Of a stretch of 64,000 nucleotides of DNA, positions 28,905-39,409 are shown one piece after another. Both the position numbers and the translations under genes were made by a program. This DNA comes from Candidatus Marinacidobacterales bacterium. GTDB taxonomy: Bacteria > Acidobacteriota > Vicinamibacteria > Marinacidobacterales > SMYC01. Below the pieces are notes generated by a model. The model did not search any database, had not been told where the DNA came from, and saw only the letters and a program-made list of their open reading frames with translations. Within the stretch, counting starts at the first letter, position 1. Each line of letters opens with the position of its first letter. Location of the stretch: contig OZ250169.1 of the NCBI GenBank assembly GCA_965237955.1, positions 6,464,001 through 6,528,000 of the forward strand, in the 5' to 3' direction.

Positions 28905-30653
28905 TCACACGATGACGGCGATGGTGACGATAACGCCGACCGTCAGCACGATCCCCAGACGCGCATAGTCAAAGAAACGGTAGCCACCCGGGCCGTAGAC
29001 CATCAAGTTCGTTTGGTAGGCAATCGGCGTCAGGAACGACGCCGACGCGGCTACCGCGACCGCTAACGCGAAGGGGCGCGCATCGACGCCAAGGTTTCCC
29101 GCTGCCGAGATCGCGATCGGGAACATCAACACCGCGGCCGCATTGTTGGTGATCAAGGAGAGCAACACGATAGTCGCCACGACGAGGCCTACGAGGACTC
29201 CGGTGGTGCCGAAGCCGCCGAACGCGCTAACGAGCGTGCCCGCGATAAAGGCGGCGAGGCCCGAGCTCTGCATCGCGGCACCGAGACCAAAAGCAGCGGC
29301 GATGACGACGATGACGTTCAGATCCACGGCACTCCGGGCGTCCCACGGGGTGAGCACGCCCGTCGCCACGAGGATCATCGCACCCAGCAGAGACAGGTGG
29401 AGGATCGGCATGAGACCCAAGGCGGCGCCCCCGACGATGAGAACAGCCACGAGCCCGACGAGCCAGGCGCGCCCAGTGGTCACGGGTGGTGCGCCACCGA
29501 GCATGGAGACGAGAAGGAAGTCGTTGCGATCGCGAAACCGGCCACGGAACTGCGGGTCGGCCAGGATCACGAGCGTGTCTCCGACCTGAAGCTTCACCTG
29601 CCCGAGCTTCGCCTTCACCCGTCCGCCGGCGCGATGGATTGCAACGACCGCGGCCTGATACTCGGCGCGGAACGAGACTTCCTTGAGTGTCCTTCCTACG
29701 AGCGGTGACACTTTGCCGACCACCGCTTCGAAAAACGTGTGGCGAGCGGTATCGAGGCCACCCGTATGCTGGTGCTCGGTCGACACCAGACCGCGCATTC
29801 CCTGAAGGTCGACCACCAGATCCGCTTTACCCACGAAGACCAGTCGATCCTCGCCGTGCAAGACGGTGCTCGGTGTCACCGGGATGATCTCGCCACGCCG
29901 ATCGACCTCGACGAGAAAAACGCCTTGAAGGTGACGAAGACCACCTTCTTCCACCGTCTTTCCGTCGAGCGGTCCACCGGGAGTCACCAGCATGTTCAGG
30001 ACGAACTCGCGAAACTCTTCGTCGAGCTCGGCACCGACACTACGGCGTTCTGGGATGAGAGCCGGCGCCAGCAACACGATGAGAGCGAGACCTATTAGCG
30101 CTACCGGCAGCCCCACTGCCGAAATCTCGAACATGCCGAGCGGGGGCTCGCCCGAGGCTTCGAGCAAGCCCGATATGACGAGGTTCGTGGACGTCCCGAT
30201 CGCGGTAGCGACTCCGCCGAGAATCGCGGCGAAGGACAAAGGCATCAGATAACGAGACGGGGACTGGCCTCGCCGCTCGGCCCACGCGCTCACTTGAGGC
30301 ACGAGCATCGCAACGATCGGGGTGTTGTTGAGAAACGCAGACGCGGCCGCGGTCGGCACGACGAGCCGGAGAAGCGAGCCCCGCCGAGAGGAGCCTTCCC
30401 CGAGCGTCGCCCCCACGAGCGGCTGGAGCGCGCCGGTCTTTTCCACCGCACGCGCGAGAACGTAGAGGGCGGCGACGGTGATCGGCGCGGGGTTGGCAAA
30501 GCCCGCGAACGCTTCCTCCGGGCTGATGACTCCCGATACGAGCAGAGCGACGACAGCACTGATGAACGTTGCCGGCGGTGGAAGCCATTCCTTCGCGAGC
30601 GCAGTGAACGTCAGAACGAGAACGACGACGGTGACACCCGCTTCCCAACCCAC
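28905..30653 (-). CDS. SLC13/DASS permease with TrkA-C domains
   Basis: 'SAFLNNTPIV', 'IGTSTNL', 'TNNAAA', 'TPIAYQTNLMVYGPGGY'. Confidence 0.92.
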   Translation of the reverse strand: MGWEAGVTVVVLVLTFTALAKEWLPPPATFISAVVALLVSGVISPEEAFAGFANPAPITVAALYVLARAVEKTGALQPLVGATLGEGSSRRGSLLRLVVPTAAASAFLNNTPIVAMLVPQVSAWAERRGQSPSRYLMPLSFAAILGGVATAIGTSTNLVISGLLEASGEPPLGMFEISAVGLPVALIGLALIVLLAPALIPERRSVGAELDEEFREFVLNMLVTPGGPLDGKTVEEGGLRHLQGVFLVEVDRRGEIIPVTPSTVLHGEDRLVFVGKADLVVDLQGMRGLVSTEHQHTGGLDTARHTFFEAVVGKVSPLVGRTLKEVSFRAEYQAAVVAIHRAGGRVKAKLGQVKLQVGDTLVILADPQFRGRFRDRNDFLLVSMLGGAPPVTTGRAWLVGLVAVLIVGGAALGLMPILHLSLLGAMILVATGVLTPWDARSAVDLNVIVVIAAAFGLGAAMQSSGLAAFIAGTLVSAFGGFGTTGVLVGLVVATIVLLSLITNNAAAVLMFPIAISAAGNLGVDARPFALAVAVAASASFLTPIAYQTNLMVYGPGGYRFFDYARLGIVLTVGVIVTIAVIV

Positions 30654-30665
30654 GATCGTCCCCTT

Positions 30666-31667
30666 TCAGACGCCGATGCGACTCCGCGCGAGTCGGATCG
30701 CGGACAGATACGGATCGTCGCCCCACATGCCCACGCGGCGAAGTGCGAGCGGATCGGATGTCGCATCATTTGCGCCATCCACAGTCGTGACCGCGCACCG
30801 GAAGCCCTCCTCGTTCAAAATCCGTTTCGTCCCGGCGTCGAAATCGATCGTGCGCCCGTTCGGGTAGGCGAAATCGGTGATCGTTGCGCCTAGCTCCGAT
30901 TCGATGCGCGCTTTGGAATCGCGAATTTGGCGGCGCGCCTCGTCCTCGCTCACGTGACTCAAGATTGGATGGTCCAGCGTATGAGCACCGAAGCGGATGC
31001 CGTGCTCGTTCATCTCCCTAACGTGATCCCACGTCAGTTTGTCCCAGCCCTCACGCGGCGGCGACGGGACGCCGAGCCGCTCGAGGAGAGAATCGATCGT
31101 CTCATCGCGCGTGGACGGTGTCGAGCTTCTGAGAACCGCCAACACGTTGACGAGCGCCTCGTGCTTTTCGGCGAGATCCGTCATTGGCAGCTCGGTGCCA
31201 TCGAAAGCGAGACCATCCACGCGTGTGCGATGGAACGCGTCGAACACGCGGTCGTGCCAGATCAGACGGTTGTCGTCGACCGCATCGGTAGCGAGGAAAA
31301 TTGTCGCCGGGAGTGAAAGCTCGCGCAAGATCGGAAACGCGTTCGCGTAGTTATCGCGGTAACCGTCATCGAATGTGATCGCGACGGCGTTGGCGGGAAC
31401 GTCGCCACTAGCCGCGCGCTCGACGAGCTCGTCGAGAAAGAACACCGCGAATCCTTCGCGCAACACTTGCAGTTGTTCGCGAAAAAGCGCCGTCGGCGTC
31501 CCTCCGAAAAACGGATGTCCACTGTCGTTCACACGGTGGTAGCACAGAACAAGGAAACGCCTGGGTTTCGTCAGCGCGAGCGTCATCCTCAACAACGCGG
31601 GCGTGCGTGCGAGCCGCCCCCCGAGTCGTCCAATGATGCGACGTGGTATCGTGCCTGCCATCTTCAC
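30666..31667 (-). CDS. Polysaccharide deacetylase (CE4)
   Basis: 'LCYHRV', 'ITFDDGYRDN', 'GAHTLDHP', 'FAYPNG'. Confidence 0.9.
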   Translation of the reverse strand: MKMAGTIPRRIIGRLGGRLARTPALLRMTLALTKPRRFLVLCYHRVNDSGHPFFGGTPTALFREQLQVLREGFAVFFLDELVERAASGDVPANAVAITFDDGYRDNYANAFPILRELSLPATIFLATDAVDDNRLIWHDRVFDAFHRTRVDGLAFDGTELPMTDLAEKHEALVNVLAVLRSSTPSTRDETIDSLLERLGVPSPPREGWDKLTWDHVREMNEHGIRFGAHTLDHPILSHVSEDEARRQIRDSKARIESELGATITDFAYPNGRTIDFDAGTKRILNEEGFRCAVTTVDGANDATSDPLALRRVGMWGDDPYLSAIRLARSRIGV

Positions 31668-32263
31668 GTATCATCGTACTCGAAGTGGCATTCTCATCGT
31701 TTATGGCGTTTCTCGACATCGCACAAGACCCGGAAAAAGCCGACGCGATTTTCGTATTCGCTGGACGAGAGGAGCGTAAGCGCCTGGGTGTCGAGTTATT
31801 CGGTTCCGGCTACGCGCCCCGACTCATTCTCAGCGTCGCACGGTTCGAGTGGAGGCACTTCGAAACGTTGGGACTTTGGAGTGATGGTGGCCTCGTCGAC
31901 ATGGTGCAAACCATCCACGCGCCCGAGCGCCATTTTTTCGTGCACATCGAGCGTGACCGCGCAAGCTGCGACGCCGTGCACAAGGGACGACTCGGAACGA
32001 TGACCGAGGCGCGGGCCCTCGCAGCGGTGATCGACGAAGCCGAGCTCCGATCCGTGCTCATCGTATCCTCAACCGAGCACCTCCCCCGTTGCCTTGTGGC
32101 GTTACGCACCGTTGTCACGCCCGCATGTAAATTGATTCCCGTCGCGAGCGCGCCCTCGAACGAGCCCCCAGGGCTTGCGGTTGCCCGCGAGCTCGCCAAG
32201 CTCGCCGGCTACGGAATCGCAGCCATCCCCGCGTTTCTCCGGCGCCGGCGCAGAATCTCCTAG
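31643..32263 (+). CDS. YdcF/DUF218 family protein
   Basis: 'KADAIFVFAG', 'TMTEA', 'VSSTEHLPR', 'RELAKL'. Start uncertain. Confidence 0.7.
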   Translation: MVSCLPSSRIIVLEVAFSSFMAFLDIAQDPEKADAIFVFAGREERKRLGVELFGSGYAPRLILSVARFEWRHFETLGLWSDGGLVDMVQTIHAPERHFFVHIERDRASCDAVHKGRLGTMTEARALAAVIDEAELRSVLIVSSTEHLPRCLVALRTVVTPACKLIPVASAPSNEPPGLAVARELAKLAGYGIAAIPAFLRRRRRIS

Positions 32264-32269
32264 AAATGC

Positions 32270-32298
32270 TTGCGCGACAAGGTAATTCCTGCTATAAA
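32270..32298 (+). promoter_or_regulatory. Sigma70-like promoter for the EPS export operon
   Basis: TTGCGC-17-TATAAA with extended -10 TG, about 200 bp upstream of the wza-like start. Confidence 0.5.
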
Positions 32299-32503
32299 TT
32301 CCGTCTATCACCCCTTCCCAACCGGGGAATTTCGAGAAGCGGGATTTTTCGGCTACTGACATTGCTTTGTGGCTCGGTCGGCCCTCCAGCAGGGCCCCGG
32401 CGGGCTTATACTTACGGAGGATGGATGCGGCCCCCGGAGTGGTACCCCGACTCCAGGGAGTCCTGGGATCTTCTCGGAATTCAAGGAGTTGTGTCGTCGT
32501 ATC

Positions 32504-33091
32504 ATGATCGAGTTGAGACAAGTGTTGGTTCTCGCTTCCCTCTTGAACGCTTCCACAACCCTGGTCGCCGGTGCCCAGAAGGTGCCCGACCCACGGATGC
32601 AGCCCCCGACGGAGTATTCCATCGGCGCAGGCGACGTTTTGCAGATCCTGACGTGGAAAGAGGCGGATTTCAGCGGTTCGTTTCTGGTCCGCTACGACGC
32701 CCGGATCACGATGCCGCTCGTGGGAGACCTTCTGGTGTCCGGCCGAACCCCGGAACAGCTGAGCAAGGAGCTCGAAAAGGCCATCGGACGCTTCGTGGAG
32801 ATGGCGCGGGTGACCGTCACCATCGAGCAACCCAACAGCGCGCAATTCTTCGTTCTCGGCAAAGTCGCCAGCCAAGGTGCCTTCCCCTATACACGACCCA
32901 TCCGCATCGCCCAAGCGCTCGCGATCGCCGGGGGCTTTCAAGAGTTCGCAAAATTGAAACAGATTTTCGTGATTCGGGAGGTAGACGGCCGGCTCATCTA
33001 CTTCCCGTTCAACTACGATGATTTCAGGGACAAGAGAAAGCTCGGAGGGAACTTGGTTCTCCAACCGGGAGACACCATCGTTGTTCCCTAA
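32504..33091 (+). CDS. Polysaccharide export protein (Wza/Poly_export + SLBB)
   Basis: 'YSIGAGDVLQI', 'ITMPLVGD', 'AIAGGFQEFA', 'LQPGDTIVVP'. Confidence 0.9.
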   Translation: MIELRQVLVLASLLNASTTLVAGAQKVPDPRMQPPTEYSIGAGDVLQILTWKEADFSGSFLVRYDARITMPLVGDLLVSGRTPEQLSKELEKAIGRFVEMARVTVTIEQPNSAQFFVLGKVASQGAFPYTRPIRIAQALAIAGGFQEFAKLKQIFVIREVDGRLIYFPFNYDDFRDKRKLGGNLVLQPGDTIVVP

Positions 33092-33097
33092 GAGCTT

Positions 33098-34528
33098 ATG
33101 CGGAAGCCGTATGCACTCGAGCGCCGAGCGCCGTATCTGGTTGCACTCATTTTGATGACTACCTCCGCGAGCTCCACCTTGGCCCAGACGCAGTCTGGCG
33201 GCAACAACTGGAGCGTGTTCCTCACGTTGCGCCACACCGAGGAGCTCGATCGCGTCCGAAACGACATCCTGTTCCCGGATCGAGTATCCAACGGAGCGGA
33301 TGCGGGAATCACGTTCGCGACGAGGACCCGGCGATCGAACGTGGGCTTTTTCGGCCGTGTCGGCGCCAACGTCTACCTGGATGACCTGTTTCAGAACCAG
33401 GTGACCTACGGTGCCGGCTTCTCGTGGAACTATCGAGCGTCGTCTCGCTCGAACATGCATCTCTCGCAGGCATTCAACAAGAACCTGCGCCTCGAGACTC
33501 TAGCGAATTTGGGTTTCGTGCCGAACGATTTCGGCACGACCAGTGCGACCACGACCTGGAGTTTTCAACAGCAATCAGGCCCGAGGACGTCATGGAGCGC
33601 CGGTCTGGGTTATCAATTCATCGAACTGACGAACCTCACGCCCATCCGGGGCTCCCAAATCGTTTTGGACGAGCAACCGTTCGGAGATGAGATTTCTATC
33701 CCGCTCATCGATGCCACCGCACCGGCGGAGCTCTAGCTGCCCGACGGTGAACAGGAAATACTCCGGATTCTCGCCACTGAAGGCTTGGCAGACCGGCGCG
33801 CCCGGTCGCAAAACGCCTACGCGTCGTTCGGTTTGAACCACTCCACCGGTCGGTACACGACGCTTGGTTTCAGCATCAACGGCGGGTATCGCTCGATCGA
33901 CTCTACCTTCGCCCAGGACGGGCCTGCGGGCAGCGTCCAGCTGTTCATCCAGCGCGCGTTGGGGCTTGCGAGCGCCGTGAGCGCGGGCTATACGTTCCAG
34001 CGCTCGTTCGTCATCGACCCGAACACGACGATTCAAACCCTCTTCGGCGGATGGACATACTCACCAGAGGACTCGAGCGTATCCGCCACTCTCTTTGGCG
34101 GAGCAAGCCGCTACGACGCGGAAGGCGGCCCTAGCGCGACGCAGCCGGTAGCGAACGCCTCTCTTGCGGGCAATCTGACACAAAGCACGACCGCGAGCAT
34201 TTCCTATCGACGGCAGTTCAGTATGCCTCTCGGATTCGGCCGCTCGTTGTTGATCGACTATGCAAACGCGGGCATCACGCAAAGTTTCGGAACGAGAGTG
34301 GACGCCAGCGCCACGATCGGCGCTTCTTACGGAACCGACCCGTTGGATGAGGACTCGCAGTTCGATACGCGGCGCGCCGGGGGCGAGTTGACCGCCCGCA
34401 TCATCGGCGGGCTCAGATTCGGGACCAGCTACTACCACGTCGAGAACGAGCAGCGGAGGTCAGGCGGGGCCTTCGATGAAACGCTCAACAACTGGTCGAT
34501 CTATTTGACCTACAGCGCGGACTTCTAG
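33098..34528 (+). pseudogene. Outer-membrane beta-barrel protein of the EPS locus with an in-frame TAG at 33734
   Basis: Both ORF halves are in the same frame; signal peptide, alternating beta-strands, C-terminal 'LTYSADF'. Confidence 0.7.
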
Positions 34529-34581
34529 GAAAGGCTTCAGTCGATGTTCGGGAGAAGGATTCTCGCCGAGAGGACAAGACG

Positions 34582-36211
34582 ATGACGCGGCGCCAAGCGG
34601 ATAGCAACGAGCTCCAATTTCCAATCAACCTGCCGCAAACACCCGGAGAGTACTTCGACATTCTCCGCTTCCGCTGGTATTGGATCGTTATCGGTCTCGT
34701 ACTGGGCGCGGTCGGCTCTCAGATAGTTGTGAGATTCGTCCCCGAGCGCTACGTCTCCCGGACCGTCGTTCTCGTCGAAGGAGATACGATACCCGACCGC
34801 TTCATCCCGCGGATCTCCACCGAGCACGCGCGCGACCGGCTCAGAACCATCCACGAAGAGATCCTCGCCAGGCCACGAATCGAGCGCATCCTCGACGATT
34901 TGAACCCCTACCCCGAATTGACCGACCAGCCGCGCGCGGAAATCGTCGACATGATCCGAAGCCGCGCCGGAATCGGGCTTCGCGGCAAAGAGGCGTTCGT
35001 CGTCGAATACACCGACACCGACCCCGAGCGTGCGCAGCAAATGGCATCTCGCCTCGCTTCCCTCTTCATCGAACAAACTTCCGGAGACCGCGCGGCTCAA
35101 GCCCTCGACGCCAACCAGTTCATCGAAGCGCAACTGCAGGAAACGAAAAGAGACCTCGAGCGGGTGGAAGGGCGCCTCGGTGTCGTCAAGACACGCAACA
35201 TGGGGATGTTGCCGAGGCAGCTCGACGCGAATCTCGCAACTCTCCAACGGTCGAGCTCCAGCGGCAATCGATCGAGGTACAAATCCGCTGGCGATGGACC
35301 GAAGAACACTCATCGAGCGTCAGCTCACTTTACAAATGCAGATGAACGAGCCCGAAGCACAGCTCGTGCCCGCCATCCCCGGCACGCAGACCGTGGCCGC
35401 ACCTTCGAACCTCAGCCAGCTCAAGCAGTATCTCGCCGTCTTGCGGACTCGCTACACCGACGAGCACCCCGAGGTGCAAACGACGTTGGTACGCATTGCA
35501 ATACTAGAGCGCGAGCAGGCCTTTTCGTCCGAGCCTCCTGCGCCGGATGTTTTTTCGAGCTCGGAGCCGCTCAGCCTGGACGGGGACGCGGCGGAGCAAT
35601 CGCTCGAAGAGCCCACCGACGTGGCCGAACCAAACACGTTTTCGACCGATATCATGGTCACCGATCTCAGAGCGCAGCTCGCAGCAGCGAACCAGGATAT
35701 CCGCGTGATGCAAGCGGCTTATTCCCAGATCCAGCAGAAAATCGTCGAGTATCAAGCACGCGTCGAGAAGATTCCCGCGGTCGAGCAGGAGCTCCAATCC
35801 CTCGAACGAGACTACAATCTCATCAGCAGGTACTACAGTGAGCTTTTGAGCCGCAAGTTAGAGGCCGAAACCGCGGGCGCGGTCGAAAGGGAATGGCAAG
35901 AGCAGTTCTCGATCATCGACCCCGCACAGGTTCCGGAGAGCCCGGCGTCACCGAACGCATCGCTCTTTTTGCTCGCTGGGACCGCGGCTGGTCTCGGCGC
36001 CGGCGTACTCGGTGCCTTCCTTCTCGAAGTGCTGGATCCGTCCGTAAAAAGCCTGCGTGAGCTCGAATCGTTGTTGCCATATCCCGTATTGTTGACGGTG
36101 CCTGAAGTGAAGGCCCCGCGCCGGCACCGCAAGGCCAGGCGTGAGCCAACACCACCGGCACCGCCATCTGAGCGCGCCGCGTTGGAAAAGAAATTGAGCG
36201 CCGCCAGCTAG
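34582..36211 (+). pseudogene. Wzc/GumC-like chain-length determinant, two frameshifts (near 35250 and 35288)
   Basis: Wzz N-terminus, 'RYTDEHPEV', 'LERDY', 'IIDPAQVP', C-terminal TM; the coding path crosses three frames. Confidence 0.85.
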
Positions 36212-36225
36212 GAGCGAGTTTCTCG

Positions 36226-37074
36226 ATGAGTCGTCTGTCAGAAGCGCTCGAAAAAGCCCGCCGGAAAGGCGCCAGAGAAGAGCCCGCTGCCGTCGAACGA
36301 CCTCGCGCCGTCTCGACGGTACCTTCGGTCACGGCGCTTCGGTTCGTTGAAGGCAAGGTGCTGACGCCGCATCTCGACCACTGCCTCACGGAGCTTCTTC
36401 GCGAAGACGAGCCATGGGCGGAGCAGTTCAGAACGCTCGCGACGCGCCTGCGCGCTATGAACGGCTCGGACCGCGTGCGCCGTATCGGATTGATGAGCGC
36501 CATGGGAGGCGAAGGCAAAACGACGCTCGCGCTCGCACTCAGCCTCATTCTTGCCGAGGAGCACGGAGAGCGCGTCCTCGTGATCGACGCCGACCTGCGC
36601 CACCGAGAAGTCGATACGTTGCTCGGAGTCAAGCCCGCGAGCGGCCTCGGTGATTGGTTGAACAAGCCCTATCCGCATGTCGAAGTACGACGGATTGGTC
36701 GTCGTGGTCCCTTTTTTCTCAGTGCCGGCCGGCCGTTCGCAAGACCTTGGGAGCTCATCGCGTCGCCCCATCTATCGAACTTACTCGACGTCGCTGCGAG
36801 CGAGTTTCGCTACGTGATCCTGGATTGCCCCGCGGAAGGCCCGGTCGCCGACGCCTCGCGTATTCAAGAACACCTCGACGGGCTGCTTCTGGTCGTGCGA
36901 GCGCGCACCGCCCCTCGGGACGCGAAACTATCGACTGTGGATCGCCTCGACGAGGAGAAAATGCTAGGCGTCATCTTCAACGCTGAAGTTGGTGCACGCA
37001 AGCGGTTCAAGCACTACCGCTACGGCGCCCATACGAAATCGAAAGAGGCCGAGAAGCATCGCCGGCGCCGGTGA
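36226..37074 (+). CDS. CpsD/CapB-type tyrosine kinase
   Basis: 'EQFRTL', Walker A GEGKT, 'IDADLR', 'ILDCP', Tyr residues near the C-terminus. Confidence 0.9.
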   Translation: MSRLSEALEKARRKGAREEPAAVERPRAVSTVPSVTALRFVEGKVLTPHLDHCLTELLREDEPWAEQFRTLATRLRAMNGSDRVRRIGLMSAMGGEGKTTLALALSLILAEEHGERVLVIDADLRHREVDTLLGVKPASGLGDWLNKPYPHVEVRRIGRRGPFFLSAGRPFARPWELIASPHLSNLLDVAASEFRYVILDCPAEGPVADASRIQEHLDGLLLVVRARTAPRDAKLSTVDRLDEEKMLGVIFNAEVGARKRFKHYRYGAHTKSKEAEKHRRRR

Positions 37075-37153
37075 GCTCATGTTCCATTGTCTTTGTCCCC
37101 CGCAACCCCGAAATCATTTGAATCGGGCTTCATCCTAAACGGAGGCAACACTC

Positions 37154-39361
37154 ATGTTTCCGAGCCTTATAGCGCACTCTCAATTCGCGCGCGCGGCCAT
37201 CGCTGTTCTCCTCGTGTCGATGTCAATGTCGACATCGGCATGCTCGACCGAGAGCAAAATCCAGCGACACATGGAGCGTGGTGACGCTTACCTCGAAGAA
37301 GGCAAGCATCAAGAAGCGATCATCGAGTTTTTGAACGTGATCCAGTTGGACCCGGATCATCGCGAGGCCACAGCGAGACTCGGGATCGCTCTGTTCGACA
37401 CGGGGCAGTTTGGTCCCTCCTTTGCCTACCTTCAGCGCGCGGTGGAGTTCGACCCCGAAAATTCCGAGGTTCGGGTCAAGTTAGGAACCATTTACCTTCT
37501 CAGGGGAATGCGCGAAGAGGCGCGCGAGGAAGCCGGCGCCGTCTTGGACCGGGACGCGACGAATCTGGACGCGCTCGCGGTATACGCGGACACGGCGACG
37601 TCCGCCGGTGAGATCGACGGCGCCGTTCGGCGTTTGGAAAATGCCCGCGCCGAGCACGAAGGCAGGGCGAAGTTTCATCTAGCTCTGGGCTCGCTTCACT
37701 TCCGCAAGCGGGACGTCGACACCGCCGAAAGCCATTTCCAGGAGGCGGCGCGGCGAGAGCCCGACAGCCCAGACGCGCACCTCGCTCTCGGAACGTTCTA
37801 CCTCGCCAAGCGCGATCTCGATAGCGCCGAAGCGGAGTTCAACAAGGCCGCGGAGGCCGCACCTGTTCGCTCAGCTACACAAATCCGAGTGGTCGATTTC
37901 TATCGCCTTGTCGGCGACACCGAGGAAGCGAACCGGAGGCTCGACGTGCTCGTGGTCGATGCTCCGGATTTCGTGCCCGCATGGACCCGCATTGCAACCT
38001 ATGCGTTCGCCGACGACGACTTCGACCGCTGCGAGGAAGCGCTCAACCACCTTTTGGAAAGCAATCCGCGAGATCCGGAAACACTACGCATGCTCGGTGA
38101 GGTGTATCGCGAGCGCGGCGACTTCGAAGCCGCCGAAGCCAAATTCCGGGAAACCATCACCGTCCTTCAGGATTACGTGCGACGTCGACCCAATTTGGCG
38201 TCCGCGCACTTCCGGCTGGCGCAAATGCATACCCGAGTGGGCGAAATCGCCCAGGCAATGAACGCGCTCGACACCGTGATCGAGCTCGCACCCAACTCGC
38301 CGCAAGCGTCGCTGATGCTCGCCGAGCTCCAGATCCGTACCGGCCAGGCGGGACGCGCGGTGCCGGTCCTGGAAAGCGTCTTGCAGCGTCAAGAAAGTGC
38401 GCTCGGGTTCAAGCTCCTCGGCATGGCTTACGCGGCCGACCAGGACTACGCGAGAGCGACACCCGCTTACGAAGCGTACGCCAAGCTTGCACCCGAGGAC
38501 CCCGAGGCATCGTTTCGTCTCGGGACCAGCCTTTTGGGCCAGCAGCAGACAGAGCGCGCGCTCGCATCGTTCGAGAAAGCGTTGGAGCTCAACCCGTTGT
38601 ACGTCGAGCCTCTCGCGGCCATCGCGACCGTCAAGGCCGGCAAACAGCAATTGGGTTCCGCGCTCCAGCGGGTTAAAGCTCACATGGCGAACATCGAGCC
38701 GTCTGGCCAACATCATTATCTCCTCGGGCAGCTCTACCTCGCGTCGAACCAGACAGACATCGCCGAAGCGGAGTACAAAAAGGCGGTGGCGCTTTCGCCC
38801 GACCTCAACGCCGGCTACGCGCAGCTCGCCGGTATCTACGTCCGCAGCGGCCGCCAACAGGTCGCCATCGAGGAAATGGACCGGGCGCTCGAGCACAGTC
38901 CAGACAACCAACCTGTGATCATGCTGAAGGGCATGATCGAGCACCAGGTGGGTGAAGTCGACGCCGCCCGCTCGACGTACGAGCGGCTGCTAGCGCTCAA
39001 TGCGCGCTTCGGACCCGCGGCCAATAACTTGGCGTATATCTATCAACAGGACGGCAGAATCGACGAAGCGCTCGACTGGGCCGAGATCGCGCGGACGGAG
39101 AACCCGGACAATCCGGACATCGCCGACACCCTCGGGTGGATTTTGTACGAGCGCGGTACCTACGATCGGGCGCTCAGCCTGCTCAGGGAAGCCGCAGCGG
39201 GACGCCCGGAAAACGCGGAGATCATCTATCACTTGGGCTTCGCCCACCACAAAGTGGGTGAGTTTCAAGAGACGATGGACGTGCTCACGCGAGCGTTGTC
39301 CATGAATCCCGATTTCCCCATGGCCAACGAAGCCGCCACGGTCCTCGACGAGCTTCGTTGA
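37154..39361 (+). CDS. TPR lipoprotein (PrsT-like)
   Basis: Lipobox TSAC, many TPR repeats, 'AANNLA', 'DTLGWI'. Confidence 0.85.
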   Translation: MFPSLIAHSQFARAAIAVLLVSMSMSTSACSTESKIQRHMERGDAYLEEGKHQEAIIEFLNVIQLDPDHREATARLGIALFDTGQFGPSFAYLQRAVEFDPENSEVRVKLGTIYLLRGMREEAREEAGAVLDRDATNLDALAVYADTATSAGEIDGAVRRLENARAEHEGRAKFHLALGSLHFRKRDVDTAESHFQEAARREPDSPDAHLALGTFYLAKRDLDSAEAEFNKAAEAAPVRSATQIRVVDFYRLVGDTEEANRRLDVLVVDAPDFVPAWTRIATYAFADDDFDRCEEALNHLLESNPRDPETLRMLGEVYRERGDFEAAEAKFRETITVLQDYVRRRPNLASAHFRLAQMHTRVGEIAQAMNALDTVIELAPNSPQASLMLAELQIRTGQAGRAVPVLESVLQRQESALGFKLLGMAYAADQDYARATPAYEAYAKLAPEDPEASFRLGTSLLGQQQTERALASFEKALELNPLYVEPLAAIATVKAGKQQLGSALQRVKAHMANIEPSGQHHYLLGQLYLASNQTDIAEAEYKKAVALSPDLNAGYAQLAGIYVRSGRQQVAIEEMDRALEHSPDNQPVIMLKGMIEHQVGEVDAARSTYERLLALNARFGPAANNLAYIYQQDGRIDEALDWAEIARTENPDNPDIADTLGWILYERGTYDRALSLLREAAAGRPENAEIIYHLGFAHHKVGEFQETMDVLTRALSMNPDFPMANEAATVLDELR

Positions 39362-39409
39362 GCGGCTCGAGCGCGGGCGCAAGGGCGGGCGTAGGGGCGT
39401 AAGCTCTCA

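Noticed and set aside
33734-33736. Stop-codon readthrough (pyrrolysine/selenocysteine) or alternative genetic code
   Set aside because: TAG, TGA and TAA all occur as internal stops in a decaying locus and all are used as normal terminators elsewhere.
14675-35290. Programmed frameshifting at the MFS/synthase, IS1182, Kir and wzc breaks
   Set aside because: No slippery heptamers at the breaks; decay or long-read indel error is more parsimonious.
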